64,000 nucleotides of DNA from Candidatus Poribacteria bacterium (GCA_965205015.1 OZ242029.1:2752001-2816000), one strand, 5' to 3'. Shown: positions 36,710-47,592, counted from the stretch's first letter. Translations and numbers: made by a program. Notes: generated by a model from the letters alone, not told the origin.

Positions 36710-39700
36710 ATGAAACGACTGAACTTCTTAACGCTACTGAATTTCCTGTTAATGGTAGGTCTATTGGGCGGGCCCGCTTTTGCCGAAGAAACATCACAGC
36801 CCATACCCCCTATGCAAGACGCGGTTACACAGGGGGCATTACGCGTCAAAGTTGACGACGAAGTCGTCGAATGTCCGTTGAAACATACCGATGTAGAGGC
36901 GGACATCACTGGCTTCCTCGCCCGCGTCACCGTAACGCAAACCTTCTCTAACCCATACGACGAAAACATTGAGGCGGTGTATGTCTTTCCATTGCCGCAC
37001 ACTGCTGCGGTAGATGCGATGACGATGCACATCGGAGACGGCAAGATTGTTGGACTGATGAAACGGCGGGCGGAAGCACGCGCCGTCTATGAACAGGCAC
37101 TCCAACAGGGGCAGACGGCAAGCCTCCTGGAACAGGAACGCCCCAATATCTTTACGCAGTCGGTTGGGAACATCAAACCGCACCAAGAAATTCAGATTGA
37201 AATCTCCTACGTGGATGTCCTCAATTATGACCTGGGCATTTACGAATTCCATTTCCCAATGGTCGTCGGACCCCGCTATATTCCCGGTGCCCCGATCTCC
37301 GAGAAACCTCAGCTACCGAAGGAATTGAAGGGGAAGGTTGGCGAAGTGGAGGAACCCTTGATAGAGGAAACCACACTCGATCCTGACCCCTCAGGCACAG
37401 GCTGGTCACCGGATACAACCCGTGTTCCCGATGCTTCGCGGATCACCCCACCCGTTCTCAAACCCGGCTACCGCACAGGACACGACATCAGCCTCTCAGT
37501 CTCACTGGATGCAGGGGTGCCAGTGCAGGACATTGAGAGTGTGAATCACGCTGCGAAACTGGAACGGATTGATGCGTCACAGGCAACGGTAGAGATTTTA
37601 CCCACCGATTCGATACCAAACAAAGACTTCGTCATGAAATACGCCGTTGTTGGTGAGAAGCCGGAGATGGCGGTGTTCGCGCACGCCACGGGTCCAGAGC
37701 AACGCTATTTTATGCTCATGATTCAGCCGAAATTGGATGCGGAACTCCCCGAAACGCCACCGCGTGAACTGGTTTTTCTCGTGGACACCTCCGGTTCTAT
37801 GTCCGGTGAACCGATGGCGAAGGTGAAGGCGGCGATGCGCCACTTTTTCGCACTCAGCAAACCCGACGACACGTTCCAGGTGATTACCTTTGCAAATTGG
37901 GCAACCCAACTGTTTGAAAACTCGGTGCCGGCGACGGAAGCGAACATTGCGCGCGCCCTTGCCCTCACACAAGAGATACAGGGTGGTGGCGGCACGGAGA
38001 TGCTTGCGGGGGTCAAGACGGCTCTCAACGCACCCGTGGACCCGGATCGGGTTCGGATCGTCGTCATGCTTACCGACGGTTATATTGGCAATGAAGGGGA
38101 GATTATCGCCGAAGTCGGCAAACGTGCAGGCGACCAGATTCGTTTCTGGGTCATCGGCATCGGGTCTTCAGTGAACCGCTTTCTGATTGACGGGGTGGCG
38201 AAAGCGGGCGGTGGGATGAGCGGTGTGCTGGATTTGAACACCAACCCGAAGCCGCTTGTCACAGAGATTGTCGAGCGCATCCATCGGGCACAACTCGCGA
38301 ATATCCAGATGGATTGGAACGACCTCCCCATCTATGAAACCTATCCCCGGCGAATCCCTGAACTCTGGGCGGGTCGTCCGGTTGTCCTCTTTGGACGCTA
38401 CGCAGCAGGCGGCAGTACAGAGATAGAGATATCCGGCAGCGCAGAAGGTAAACCGCTCACGTATACGTTGGACGTGACACTTCCCGATGAGAAACCTACG
38501 CACGACGTTTTGGCGAAGGTGTGGGCGCGCAAGAAAATAGAAGACCTTTCCGCGCAGATGTACCATGAAGAGACACCCGAAGTGATAGAGGAAATCACCC
38601 GCATCGCCTTGGATTATCGGTTGATGAGTCAATATACGAGTTTCGTCGCCGTGGATGAAAGCGAAATACCACTCGCAGGTCAGCAGGCACACCCCCCGCG
38701 GCAGGTTATTGTCCCTGTCCCACTCCCAGAGGGGGTTAATTTTCATGGCATCTTTGGAAAGGACGTATTGGAAGAAGAACCCCAGTTTTTCTATGACCTC
38801 TTTGGTAAAGAACTGTTTAACCAGAACGGTGAATTCCTGGGTGGGACGGAAGCGCTTGTTGATGCCAGCGCAGCTCTTGCTCCGAGCAAACGTAAACACA
38901 CCCTCTTAACTGCAGGTAGTTTCCGCGGTAGATATACCGAGTTTGCTATAGGGGATTCCAAGCGATTCCTACCCACGTCTCCTCAGTTGAGAGCGGGTGG
39001 ACCGAAGCGAGAGTTCCCCTTGGCGTCCGGCTATGGCTATGGAAACGCAAATGCCCTGCCTTCTATAGATTCTGCCCGGCTTGTCGAGTTTCGCGCCCAA
39101 GCTTCAATCGTGAAGAATTTTGAATATGTGCCCCTACAAGATTTATCCGCTGATGGATTCCAGGAACAGCGCACGACTGCACGGGAAGCCCTGGTGGATG
39201 CACAGGCACTTCAGAAACAGGGACACCTTGCGGAAGCACGCCTTCGGTATCAACACGCCTTCGCACTCGCAGGGGAGGACACTCGCATAGAAATGACCGC
39301 GATGCAGGCAATTTGGACGTTGGGTGCTGAGATTGCGAAAAAACGGGCGGAAGTCTACCCGGGTCTCAGCCGAAAACTCGATGTGATCCTTCGGAATCAG
39401 CCACTTGCCGATGCCATTCACACTGTCGTCAACGCCGGGGGGTTCCAACTCGATGTGGTGCCGGGAAGTCTCAAGGATGTTGAGGTGCTGTTGAATGTGC
39501 AAGCACTCCGTGTGCCCTACCTCGACTTGCGGCACGCCACAGTGGTGCAAGGATTAGAATGGCTCCTCGCCCCCTATCATCTAACCTGGCACGTGAAGGC
39601 TCCGGATACCCTCACCGTCGGAACAGCGCGACGGCTGCCAGAGGCTTCCGTGTGGGGGTATGATGTCTTGGATCTCGCCATGCCCTTGGCTGACGAACTT

Positions 39701-40690
39701 GACGAAAATGCCCCACAGAAAAGTGTTGAAAACGCCCTTGCAGACTTCCTCACGGCTATTAGGATCGTTATCAACCAGAAAGAAGAAGGGATCCAGCCCG
39801 GTTCCGCGGTGTTACTGGATGCCAAACGCTTACTCGTCTATGGAGATCCGGAGATTCACCAAAAAGTGGAGCAGTTTCTCGAGGCACTGCGAGAGGGTGA
39901 AAGCGATGTGGCGAGTATTGCCCATCGTAGGGTGTCAGAGGCCGAAGGCGCAGCGTTGAAAGCGCTGCAAAAGTTGACAACAGTTCGATGGAAAACGGTA
40001 GCCGAGGCGCGTGAGAAACGCAGCGCATCGGAGGCACAGCAACGTATTGTTACTGATTTACGGACGATGTCTTGGCAGCTGCTCGCCGAAGCCTTGAATG
40101 GCACGGTTGACCTTGAGGCACTCACGAGACTTCAAATCGCTTGGCAGGCTCCTCAGATGACAGCCGTTATTGAAGATGCCTACCTGCTGCCCCTTGCGAT
40201 GCGTTCGGCATGGTGTATTCGCACCGCAGCGCGGTTAGTCTCTACTGATGGTGAACTGACAACGTTTTCCGAAAACATCCTCTCAAAGGTCAAGGGGATG
40301 CGAACCCTGAGGTCTCCGCGAGATCATTCCTTCGCTGCTTACCTCGGCACCCTGTATGCTGTTCTGTCCCTTGATGGAAATCCCCTTGATGTAAGGCGGG
40401 CACTGCTAAAAGAACAGACGAACGCCGATGTAAACACGGCACGTCTCATCGCTCAAAGTTTGCTTTCGCCTTCCCCAAAGAGCGATAAAGTTTTACAGGG
40501 AATGCTCTCTTCTCATCAGATTTCCGATGAGGATCTCATGTTGCTTGCCTGTTTGGCTGCCAAACGGCGCGGGGGTCACCTGTGGCAAACCTTCCGTGAG
40601 GAACTGCCCGATATGGTTCACGAGGGCCAGGTAAGCGGATTCGTTTTGGTGATTATCAGTCGTTTCCAGGCTTTGAATACAGAGATCTAA
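36710..40690 (+). CDS. Secreted VIT + vWA domain protein with a long C-terminal extension
   Basis: VIT (PLKHTDV...EAVYVFPLP), vWA MIDAS DTSGSM, GGTE, LTDG; SQYTSFVAVD. Confidence 0.85.
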   Translation: MKRLNFLTLLNFLLMVGLLGGPAFAEETSQPIPPMQDAVTQGALRVKVDDEVVECPLKHTDVEADITGFLARVTVTQTFSNPYDENIEAVYVFPLPHTAAVDAMTMHIGDGKIVGLMKRRAEARAVYEQALQQGQTASLLEQERPNIFTQSVGNIKPHQEIQIEISYVDVLNYDLGIYEFHFPMVVGPRYIPGAPISEKPQLPKELKGKVGEVEEPLIEETTLDPDPSGTGWSPDTTRVPDASRITPPVLKPGYRTGHDISLSVSLDAGVPVQDIESVNHAAKLERIDASQATVEILPTDSIPNKDFVMKYAVVGEKPEMAVFAHATGPEQRYFMLMIQPKLDAELPETPPRELVFLVDTSGSMSGEPMAKVKAAMRHFFALSKPDDTFQVITFANWATQLFENSVPATEANIARALALTQEIQGGGGTEMLAGVKTALNAPVDPDRVRIVVMLTDGYIGNEGEIIAEVGKRAGDQIRFWVIGIGSSVNRFLIDGVAKAGGGMSGVLDLNTNPKPLVTEIVERIHRAQLANIQMDWNDLPIYETYPRRIPELWAGRPVVLFGRYAAGGSTEIEISGSAEGKPLTYTLDVTLPDEKPTHDVLAKVWARKKIEDLSAQMYHEETPEVIEEITRIALDYRLMSQYTSFVAVDESEIPLAGQQAHPPRQVIVPVPLPEGVNFHGIFGKDVLEEEPQFFYDLFGKELFNQNGEFLGGTEALVDASAALAPSKRKHTLLTAGSFRGRYTEFAIGDSKRFLPTSPQLRAGGPKREFPLASGYGYGNANALPSIDSARLVEFRAQASIVKNFEYVPLQDLSADGFQEQRTTAREALVDAQALQKQGHLAEARLRYQHAFALAGEDTRIEMTAMQAIWTLGAEIAKKRAEVYPGLSRKLDVILRNQPLADAIHTVVNAGGFQLDVVPGSLKDVEVLLNVQALRVPYLDLRHATVVQGLEWLLAPYHLTWHVKAPDTLTVGTARRLPEASVWGYDVLDLAMPLADELDENAPQKSVENALADFLTAIRIVINQKEEGIQPGSAVLLDAKRLLVYGDPEIHQKVEQFLEALREGESDVASIAHRRVSEAEGAALKALQKLTTVRWKTVAEAREKRSASEAQQRIVTDLRTMSWQLLAEALNGTVDLEALTRLQIAWQAPQMTAVIEDAYLLPLAMRSAWCIRTAARLVSTDGELTTFSENILSKVKGMRTLRSPRDHSFAAYLGTLYAVLSLDGNPLDVRRALLKEQTNADVNTARLIAQSLLSPSPKSDKVLQGMLSSHQISDEDLMLLACLAAKRRGGHLWQTFREELPDMVHEGQVSGFVLVIISRFQALNTEI

Positions 40691-40813
40691 AGTGAAACTT
40701 ATGCGACCCTCACGTCGCCGCTGGCGGGGTTTCCTAACCCCGCCCAGCAGTGCCGCGGGTTTACCTCCGTCCTGTGTGATATCAGACAAGGTTCACTTAA
40801 CCAACTTTCTGGG

Positions 40814-42871
40814 GTGAGTCAAATGTTGAAAACGTTTCTGTTTTTTTTATTTGTATCCGTGCTGTTCACACAAAACACTTTCGCGCAAGATGTTTCACGA
40901 TGGCACCTGCCTGAAGGTGCGAAAGCGCGACTCGGTAAAGGTTCGATAGAGGATTTCGCCTATTCCCCGGATGGGACACGCTTGGCGGTTGCGAGTAGCA
41001 TTGGCATCTATCTCTACGAGACCGCTACCTATCGCGAGGTCGCCTTGTTCACCGAACATACGGCTTGGCTTGACCTCATAAAGTTCAGTCCGGATGGCAA
41101 GACAATTGCCGGGGTGGACGGGACGGAGGAGACGATCGTCCATTTGTGGGATGCGAAAACGGGAAAACATAAACATACCCTCAAACATAAGGGGTCTGTC
41201 ACCAGCGTGGCATTCAGTCCGGATAGCACCACACTCGCTACTGGGAGCGCGGACACCGGTATCATTGAAGATTACCACACCCACACCCCCTATGCGACGA
41301 CACTCGCAGTGTGGGATGCCAAAACAGGGAAACGCACGCAGACCCTCAGTGGACATACGGATTTAGTGAACAGCGTGGCATTCAGTCCGGATGGCAAGAC
41401 AATCGTAAGTCGGAGCCGGGACCAGACTGTCCGTTTGTGGGATGCGAAAACGGGAGAACACAAACACACCCTCAAACATCCAAATAAAATCTACAGTGTG
41501 ATGTTCAGTCCGGATGGTAAAACCCTTGCCACTGTGGGGCATGACAAGACTGTCCGTCTGTGGAATGCCGAAACAGGGAAACACATGTATATGCTTGATG
41601 AACACATGGGTTCCTACACCAGGGCGGCGTTCAGTCCGGATGGCAAGACAATCGCAACTGGGAGCCCTAACGGAAGTATCCGCTTGTGGGATGCGAAAAC
41701 GGGAGAACACAAACGCTCCCTTGATCGACAGACGCATGCGCTTTGGGGCGTGGCGTTCAGTCCAGACGGCAAAACAATCGTCTGTTGGGGGGGTGGTCTT
41801 ACCGATATCGTCCCTCTGTGGGATGCGAAAACGGGAGAACACAAACACCCCCTCAAACATACACATGGGATCCACAGCGTGATGTTCAGTCCAGATGGCA
41901 GAACAATTACGACTGGGAGTTTTGATCAGAAGGTCCGTCTATGGGATGCCAAAACAGGCAAACACATGCATACCCTCACTGGACATACGGTTAGGATCCA
42001 CAGCGTGGCATTCAGTCCGGGTGGCAAGACAATCGCAAGTAGGATTGATGACGAGACCCTCGACTTATGGGATGCAAATACAGGGGTCCTCAAGCACACG
42101 CTCACGGGACATACGGATTCGGGTTACACCTCGGTTTACAGCATGGCGTTCAGTCCGGATAGCAAAACAATTGCTGCTGGGATTTTGGACAAGACCGTCC
42201 GCGTGTGGGATGCGAATACAGGAGTCCTCAAACACACGCTCACCGGACATACGAATTCGGTTAACGGCGTGATGTTCAGCCCAGATAGCAAAACAATTAC
42301 GACGCTGAGTTATGACATGACGCTCCGTTTGTGGGATGCGAATACAGGCGGACACAGACACACGCTCACTCTCGACGGAGATAAGTCTTGGATCCTAAGT
42401 GTAGCGTTCAGTCCAGATGGCAAAAGACTCGCCACGGGGAGTGAGGACGGGACCGTGCGCCTGTGGGGCGCGAATACAGGCGAACACACGCACACGCTCA
42501 CTGGACATACATCTTGGATCCTAAGTGTAGCGTTCAGTCCAGATAGTCGCACCCTCGCCACTGGGAGTGAGGACAAAACTGTCCGCCTGTGGGATGCCAA
42601 AACAGGCAAACACATGCAGACCGTCAGTGGACATACGGATTCGGTTTACAGTGTGGCATTCAGCCGAGATGGCAAAAGACTCGCCACCGGAAGTGAGGAC
42701 GACACCCTCCGCTTCTGGGATGCGAATACAGGAATCCTCAAACACACGCTCACCGGACATACATCTCGGATCAATAGCGTAGCGTTCAGTCCAGATGGCA
42801 ATACAATCGCCACTGGGAGCGATGACGGGACCGTCCTCCTATGGGATGTGCCGGTTACAAATAATAGATAA
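40814..42871 (+). CDS. Secreted WD40-repeat protein
   Basis: LPEGAKARLGKG start; about 14 GH...SVAFSPDG.T.ATGS.D.TVRLWD repeats. Confidence 0.92.
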   Translation: MSQMLKTFLFFLFVSVLFTQNTFAQDVSRWHLPEGAKARLGKGSIEDFAYSPDGTRLAVASSIGIYLYETATYREVALFTEHTAWLDLIKFSPDGKTIAGVDGTEETIVHLWDAKTGKHKHTLKHKGSVTSVAFSPDSTTLATGSADTGIIEDYHTHTPYATTLAVWDAKTGKRTQTLSGHTDLVNSVAFSPDGKTIVSRSRDQTVRLWDAKTGEHKHTLKHPNKIYSVMFSPDGKTLATVGHDKTVRLWNAETGKHMYMLDEHMGSYTRAAFSPDGKTIATGSPNGSIRLWDAKTGEHKRSLDRQTHALWGVAFSPDGKTIVCWGGGLTDIVPLWDAKTGEHKHPLKHTHGIHSVMFSPDGRTITTGSFDQKVRLWDAKTGKHMHTLTGHTVRIHSVAFSPGGKTIASRIDDETLDLWDANTGVLKHTLTGHTDSGYTSVYSMAFSPDSKTIAAGILDKTVRVWDANTGVLKHTLTGHTNSVNGVMFSPDSKTITTLSYDMTLRLWDANTGGHRHTLTLDGDKSWILSVAFSPDGKRLATGSEDGTVRLWGANTGEHTHTLTGHTSWILSVAFSPDSRTLATGSEDKTVRLWDAKTGKHMQTVSGHTDSVYSVAFSRDGKRLATGSEDDTLRFWDANTGILKHTLTGHTSRINSVAFSPDGNTIATGSDDGTVLLWDVPVTNNR

Positions 42872-42927
42872 CATAGCGGATGTGACGAAATCCTATGACA
42901 GATTGCTAAATTTTCTTCAACGCCTTA

Positions 42928-44037
42928 ATGGAGGTGAATCGTATGCAATTAAGGAAATTCCTGGTTTATATCGCTTTCATCTTCGCGGTATTCCCTGCTT
43001 TTGACGCTTTCCCTTTCTTTGAATCAACCTCCGATTGTCACCCTCGTATAAGAGACGGCTACTTTTCTACGCTCTTGCAAGCCGACCAAAGAGGACTGTG
43101 TGACATCTGTAGCATAGGAGCGATAAACGGCGATTTCATCAGGTTTACATTTGCGAAAATAATTTTTTCAGGGAGGTACCCCAAGATTTCTATTTTCGGG
43201 ACGAAACCCGTGATACCTTCTCTGAGAGTGCCCTGGGCCTGGGATTGGGAGATTGTAAAGAATCCGCGAATGATAATAAAGGGACCTCCGAATCCCTTGG
43301 TTGCGGCTCTGTTAGTTCGCTGGGAAAGTGATATGAAGGATTTCTGGACACTCTCTCGATTCGCAAAATGGCAAGAACGGCAGCAGAGAGAAACCGATGC
43401 CGTAGATGACAGCGTTCGTGGGATGGATCAATTACACGAGCAGGCTGCCTATAAAGCCGCGGTCGCAGGCTTTTATTATACCCTTCACTTAGCCCCAGAG
43501 AAACCCGCAGCCTATTACTATCGCGCGACTGCGAAACTTACACTCGGTGATACCGAATCTACCCTGGGGAATGTCGAGCAAGCCCAACACTTGTATCGGA
43601 CAGCCATTCAAGATTATACCCACGCCATTTCCCGAACCCCCCTGAATACCAATGCCTACGTCTTCCGGAGTTATGCGAAGTTCAGACTGGGTATATTGGC
43701 ATCCGTCGTAGGGAATGTCGAGCAAGCGCAACGCCATTATCACGCAGCGATTGCCGACTGTAGCCAGGCGATAGCACTCTATCAGACGGATGCGGTTGCT
43801 CTCACGGCAGCACTTGCTGTCTATACCGATGTCAGCGATGGCATGCGTGACTATCCGAGTGCTATACGGCTCAGAGAAGCGTATGCGTTTGCCTACCACC
43901 TCCGGGGTCTTGAAAATCAGGCACTCGGACAACACGCTGCGGCAGCCGCCGATCTTCAAAAGGCGAGGGTCCTCCAACTGATGCCAGAATATAGGGGTCC
44001 TTTGGCGCCTACTCTGGGACGGAGATCGGGGTGGTAA
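42928..44037 (+). CDS. Secreted TPR-containing protein (start possibly 42943)
   Basis: Signal peptide; AYYYRA.AKL.LG...AIQDY..AI TPR-like repeats. Confidence 0.7.
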   Translation: MEVNRMQLRKFLVYIAFIFAVFPAFDAFPFFESTSDCHPRIRDGYFSTLLQADQRGLCDICSIGAINGDFIRFTFAKIIFSGRYPKISIFGTKPVIPSLRVPWAWDWEIVKNPRMIIKGPPNPLVAALLVRWESDMKDFWTLSRFAKWQERQQRETDAVDDSVRGMDQLHEQAAYKAAVAGFYYTLHLAPEKPAAYYYRATAKLTLGDTESTLGNVEQAQHLYRTAIQDYTHAISRTPLNTNAYVFRSYAKFRLGILASVVGNVEQAQRHYHAAIADCSQAIALYQTDAVALTAALAVYTDVSDGMRDYPSAIRLREAYAFAYHLRGLENQALGQHAAAAADLQKARVLQLMPEYRGPLAPTLGRRSGW

Positions 44038-44130
44038 CGTTTCATCGTGTAGATGTCTGATGATGATACTTTCAACGTAGTCGACGAAATGATGGCAAAT
44101 GGGACAGGGGTCACCTTTACATACATACGT

Positions 44131-44247
44131 TATAGTAAAGTTTAGAATTAATTAGACACTTTAAAGAGGCGAGGATACAATCCTCGCCAGCGGCGGAGAG
44201 GATTGTTTCGCTAAGCAACTGTCTACATATTTTTCGACTTTACTATA
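44131..44247. mobile_element. Correia-like MITE with an internal REP-like hairpin
   Basis: TIRs TATAGTAAAGTTTAGAATTAATTAGACA / rc TATAGTAAAGTCGAAAAATATGTAGACA; interior GGCGAGGATACAATCCTCGCC. Confidence 0.7.
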
Positions 44248-44395
44248 AAAGATTAAAAGTTTAGATATTTAAGCCTTATCGCGTTTGAACAAGGATTTTA
44301 ATCCTAAAATTAGAGTCCATTGCCAGCACGGGTGTGGAATGGATTTTCCGTAACTGAAAAATCGTCCAAACTTTAGTAACGTAAGGAGCATTCGT

Positions 44396-45376
44396 ATGAA
44401 AAAATGTTTCGGGATCCTCTTAATAATGCTAATCGGCTTGCTTGCGCTTTCTCTCAACAGCTGCCACAAGCCAGTGACAAGCCAAACAGGGACAGTCAAC
44501 GATTCACGAATATCTCCCGTTGCAACGCCACCCCCTGAAGGTATGGTGCTCATCCCTGCTGGCGAGTTTCAAATGGGCAGCAACAATAAGGTAGCAAAGG
44601 TAGTAGCGAACCACAGAGATATCGTGTCTACTACGGACGACGAACACCCTGTGCGCACTGTCTACGTTGAGGCGTTTTACATGGACGAGACCGAAGTCAC
44701 CAACGCAGAATATCAGAAGTTCCTCATCGCAAACCCGCACTGGCGAGACGGATACACTGCGGCGAGACACTCCGGCGGCTATCACTTCCAGCAAGCCAGC
44801 CTCCCCAGCAACGGTTCCTTCCAACAGGTACGGACGCGTGATTACGACTGGCATCTCGAGGACTGGATCGGAGATAACTACCCAAAGGGTAAGGGGAACC
44901 ATCCCGTGACGTATGTGAATTGGTATGAGGCGATGGCGTATGCGAAGTGGGCAGGCAAACGTCTGCCAACAGAGGCGGAGTGGGAGCGTGCTGCGCGGGG
45001 CGGTTTGGTCGGTAAGAAGTATCCGCACGGAGATACCCTAACGCCGCAGGATGCCAACTACGGAGAAAACGTCAGCGATACAACCCCTGTCGGGAGTTAT
45101 CCTGCCAACGCCTACGGTTTATACGATATGGCGGGGAATGTATGGGAATGGTGTCTCGATAAGTCTTATGGTGATTTTTACGGGACACGGGGAATAAAAA
45201 AGTTCCTTAATATTTTCATAAATATTAAGGGGTCCCGCGTCGTGCGCGGCGGCTCCTGGGCCAGTCCAGCTCGAAACGTACGGGTCGCAACTCGCGTCCT
45301 CGGTTCGCCCGTGAGCAGACGGAACTTCGCTGGTTTTCGGTGTGTGAAGGATATATCCCCCGAGAAAACTAAATGA
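44396..45376 (+). CDS. FGE/SUMF1-like domain lipoprotein
   Basis: Lipobox LNS-C; RLPTEAEWERAARGG, GNVWEW, RGGSW, GFRCV. Confidence 0.88.
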   Translation: MKKCFGILLIMLIGLLALSLNSCHKPVTSQTGTVNDSRISPVATPPPEGMVLIPAGEFQMGSNNKVAKVVANHRDIVSTTDDEHPVRTVYVEAFYMDETEVTNAEYQKFLIANPHWRDGYTAARHSGGYHFQQASLPSNGSFQQVRTRDYDWHLEDWIGDNYPKGKGNHPVTYVNWYEAMAYAKWAGKRLPTEAEWERAARGGLVGKKYPHGDTLTPQDANYGENVSDTTPVGSYPANAYGLYDMAGNVWEWCLDKSYGDFYGTRGIKKFLNIFINIKGSRVVRGGSWASPARNVRVATRVLGSPVSRRNFAGFRCVKDISPEKTK

Positions 45377-45400
45377 CCCTGTAAATCTCCTAAAATTTCC

Positions 45401-45430
45401 TTGACACGACAACACAATTTGTGCTATAAT
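45401..45430 (+). promoter_or_regulatory. Sigma70 promoter
   Basis: TTGACA-18nt-TATAAT. Confidence 0.55.
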
Positions 45431-45474
45431 GCCTATACTGGATTTATCTTTTCAGAAGGTAAGGATATAACGGA

Positions 45475-46095
45475 GTGGCATTCAGCGATTTCAAAGCAAT
45501 TCCTGAAGTTCAAGAGAAATTCAGGATTATTTACACAGTCAACAACTTTATCGGGAGTGCGGTAACTTCAGGTCCTTCACAACAATTCTTGGAAGAACTT
45601 GAGTTTAACATGCAACATATTGATGTTTACGCCTCCGAGAGTGCGCGGTGCGAAGCGGTGATCTTTCCCGTTTTGCGGGAAGTCTACAAAGAATACGCCG
45701 ACCGTTACGCGCTCTGGATCAAGAAACCGCTCGTCTACGATGAGACGCTAAATGGCATCCCCGACTACTTTATCTCGACACGATCTGAACTCGGCATGCT
45801 CGTCGTCGGAAAACCCTTGATAATGCTCGTCGAAGCAAAAAAGAACGATTTTGAGCAGGGGTGGGGGCAATGTCTGTCCGAACTTGTAGCTGCACAAAAA
45901 ATCAATGCTGATGCGGAGGTCCCTGTGTATGGCGTGGTCAGTGATGGAACCTGGTGGCAATTCGGGCACCTCGTTAGGGACACCTTTACCCGAAACCGAC
46001 AGAGTTTTAGTGTGGACAATCTACATACCCTCTTCGGTGCGATTCATACCATCTTCAAAACAGCAACGGCGCACGATGCTCCTAAAACGTTATAG
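45475..46095 (+). CDS. Hypothetical PD-(D/E)XK-fold protein (HsdR N-terminal-like)
   Basis: LNGIPDYF...LVEAKK.DFEQGWGQC..EL.AAQ...VYGVVSDG..WQF. Confidence 0.7.
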   Translation: MAFSDFKAIPEVQEKFRIIYTVNNFIGSAVTSGPSQQFLEELEFNMQHIDVYASESARCEAVIFPVLREVYKEYADRYALWIKKPLVYDETLNGIPDYFISTRSELGMLVVGKPLIMLVEAKKNDFEQGWGQCLSELVAAQKINADAEVPVYGVVSDGTWWQFGHLVRDTFTRNRQSFSVDNLHTLFGAIHTIFKTATAHDAPKTL

Positions 46096-46203
46096 TGCTC
46101 ACAGCTGAACAGCCTAACAGGCTCTGCTACAAAAGAGCATACCACCTAAGACGTTATAATGCCAAAAGGCTTCCAAAGTTCCATAAACCTTCTGAACTTT
46201 CCT

Positions 46204-47592
46204 CTATTCGGACATTGGCAACCGCATTGAGACCGTGGTCCCTTCACCGAGGGTGCTGTGAATCTCTACCGTGCCGCCATGCTCTTCAAGAATCCGTTTG
46301 ACATTCGCCAATCCAAGTCCGGTTCCTCTCGTCTTCCGAGTGAAAAACGGTTCAAAGAGATGTTCTAAATCCGCCGCTGGTATCCCGGTGCCCGTATCCT
46401 TAACCTTGATACAAACGCTATCATTTTCCGTAAAGGTGGACACCCGCAGCACGCCACCTTGCGGCATCGCCTCCATTGCATTCAATATCACATTCATAAA
46501 TGCCTGTTTCAATTTGTCTGAATCAAATTGGATTTCTGGGGTTTCAGGTAACACGTCTAAGACGAGTTGGATTTTGTGGTGCGCTAAGTTGGCTTCCATC
46601 AAAGATAGAACGGCTTTTAGGATAGGTGCAATCGGTTGTTGCTTGAGGTCGAGCGACGAAGGACGTGCGAAGTCCATTAAACCTTTCACGATGGTATCAA
46701 TCCGTTCAATCTCTTCAAGGATATAGCGAACGGATTGCTGATGCTTCGCTCCCGACATTTCGGGTTTCTGCATCAACATCTGTGCTAACATCCGCATAGA
46801 TGACAACGGATTTCGGATCTCGTGCGCAAATGAGGCGGACATTTTTCCCGCTGTCGCCAAGCGTTCCGCTTGGATTAGCTGATCTCTGGACTGCTTGAGG
46901 TCCCTTGTCATCTGGTTGAACGCAGCCGCGAGATCGCCAATTTCATCGTGCGTTTTAATCTCACACTGCTCGTCCAGGTCGCCCGTCGCGACGCGCGTCG
47001 TAGAATCGACCAAAATTTTGATCGGGTTCGTCAAGTTCTTACCGATACGATAACTGATAAAAGCAATCAGTGCCATAACGAGAACAGCAATACCTAACAT
47101 ATACCACGTCAGGGTCCGCTTCGCTTCGGCGATCTTTTCCATCGGACGCAATAGGCAGTAGAACCGTTCCGGTGGGAGCGAGAGGTAAAAAACCTTGTAA
47201 GGCTTTCCAACGAGCGTCACATCGTGTGTAATCGGGATGTTGCTGGCTTCTCGGAAATGATCTTTTACTTCACGCAACCGCATTTTTTTCGCCAAATTCG
47301 CCCAATTCTGCTCAGCATCGGAAAGTCCACTCACCGTACTGTCATTAAGCGTGTAATCGGAACCGAAAACCATAATTTCGACACTATACGCTTTCTTGAT
47401 TTTTTCACTGGGTTCCCGAATAAATCCAGTTTCTACAATGGTGTCGAGCCATCCTTGGGTTTCACGTGTAAATTGTTCACTGTACTTCCACGCAAACAAT
47501 TCAACTGTTAGCAACGGTACAAAGATAGTGACACACGCAAATAGAAGCAAAAATGGGAGAACGATTTTGGTTTGAATGCTATACCGACGCAT
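46204..47592 (-). CDS. Membrane sensor histidine kinase (HAMP, NtrB-like HisKA, HATPase)
   Basis: Two TM, HAMP, AHEIRNPL, NAMEAM, DTGTGI, GTGLGL. Confidence 0.92.
   Translation of the reverse strand: MRRYSIQTKIVLPFLLLFACVTIFVPLLTVELFAWKYSEQFTRETQGWLDTIVETGFIREPSEKIKKAYSVEIMVFGSDYTLNDSTVSGLSDAEQNWANLAKKMRLREVKDHFREASNIPITHDVTLVGKPYKVFYLSLPPERFYCLLRPMEKIAEAKRTLTWYMLGIAVLVMALIAFISYRIGKNLTNPIKILVDSTTRVATGDLDEQCEIKTHDEIGDLAAAFNQMTRDLKQSRDQLIQAERLATAGKMSASFAHEIRNPLSSMRMLAQMLMQKPEMSGAKHQQSVRYILEEIERIDTIVKGLMDFARPSSLDLKQQPIAPILKAVLSLMEANLAHHKIQLVLDVLPETPEIQFDSDKLKQAFMNVILNAMEAMPQGGVLRVSTFTENDSVCIKVKDTGTGIPAADLEHLFEPFFTRKTRGTGLGLANVKRILEEHGGTVEIHSTLGEGTTVSMRLPMSE

Noticed and set aside
28175-45376. 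Complete diversity-generating retroelement
   Set aside because: No reverse transcriptase and no non-coding template repeat matching any FGE C-terminus was seen
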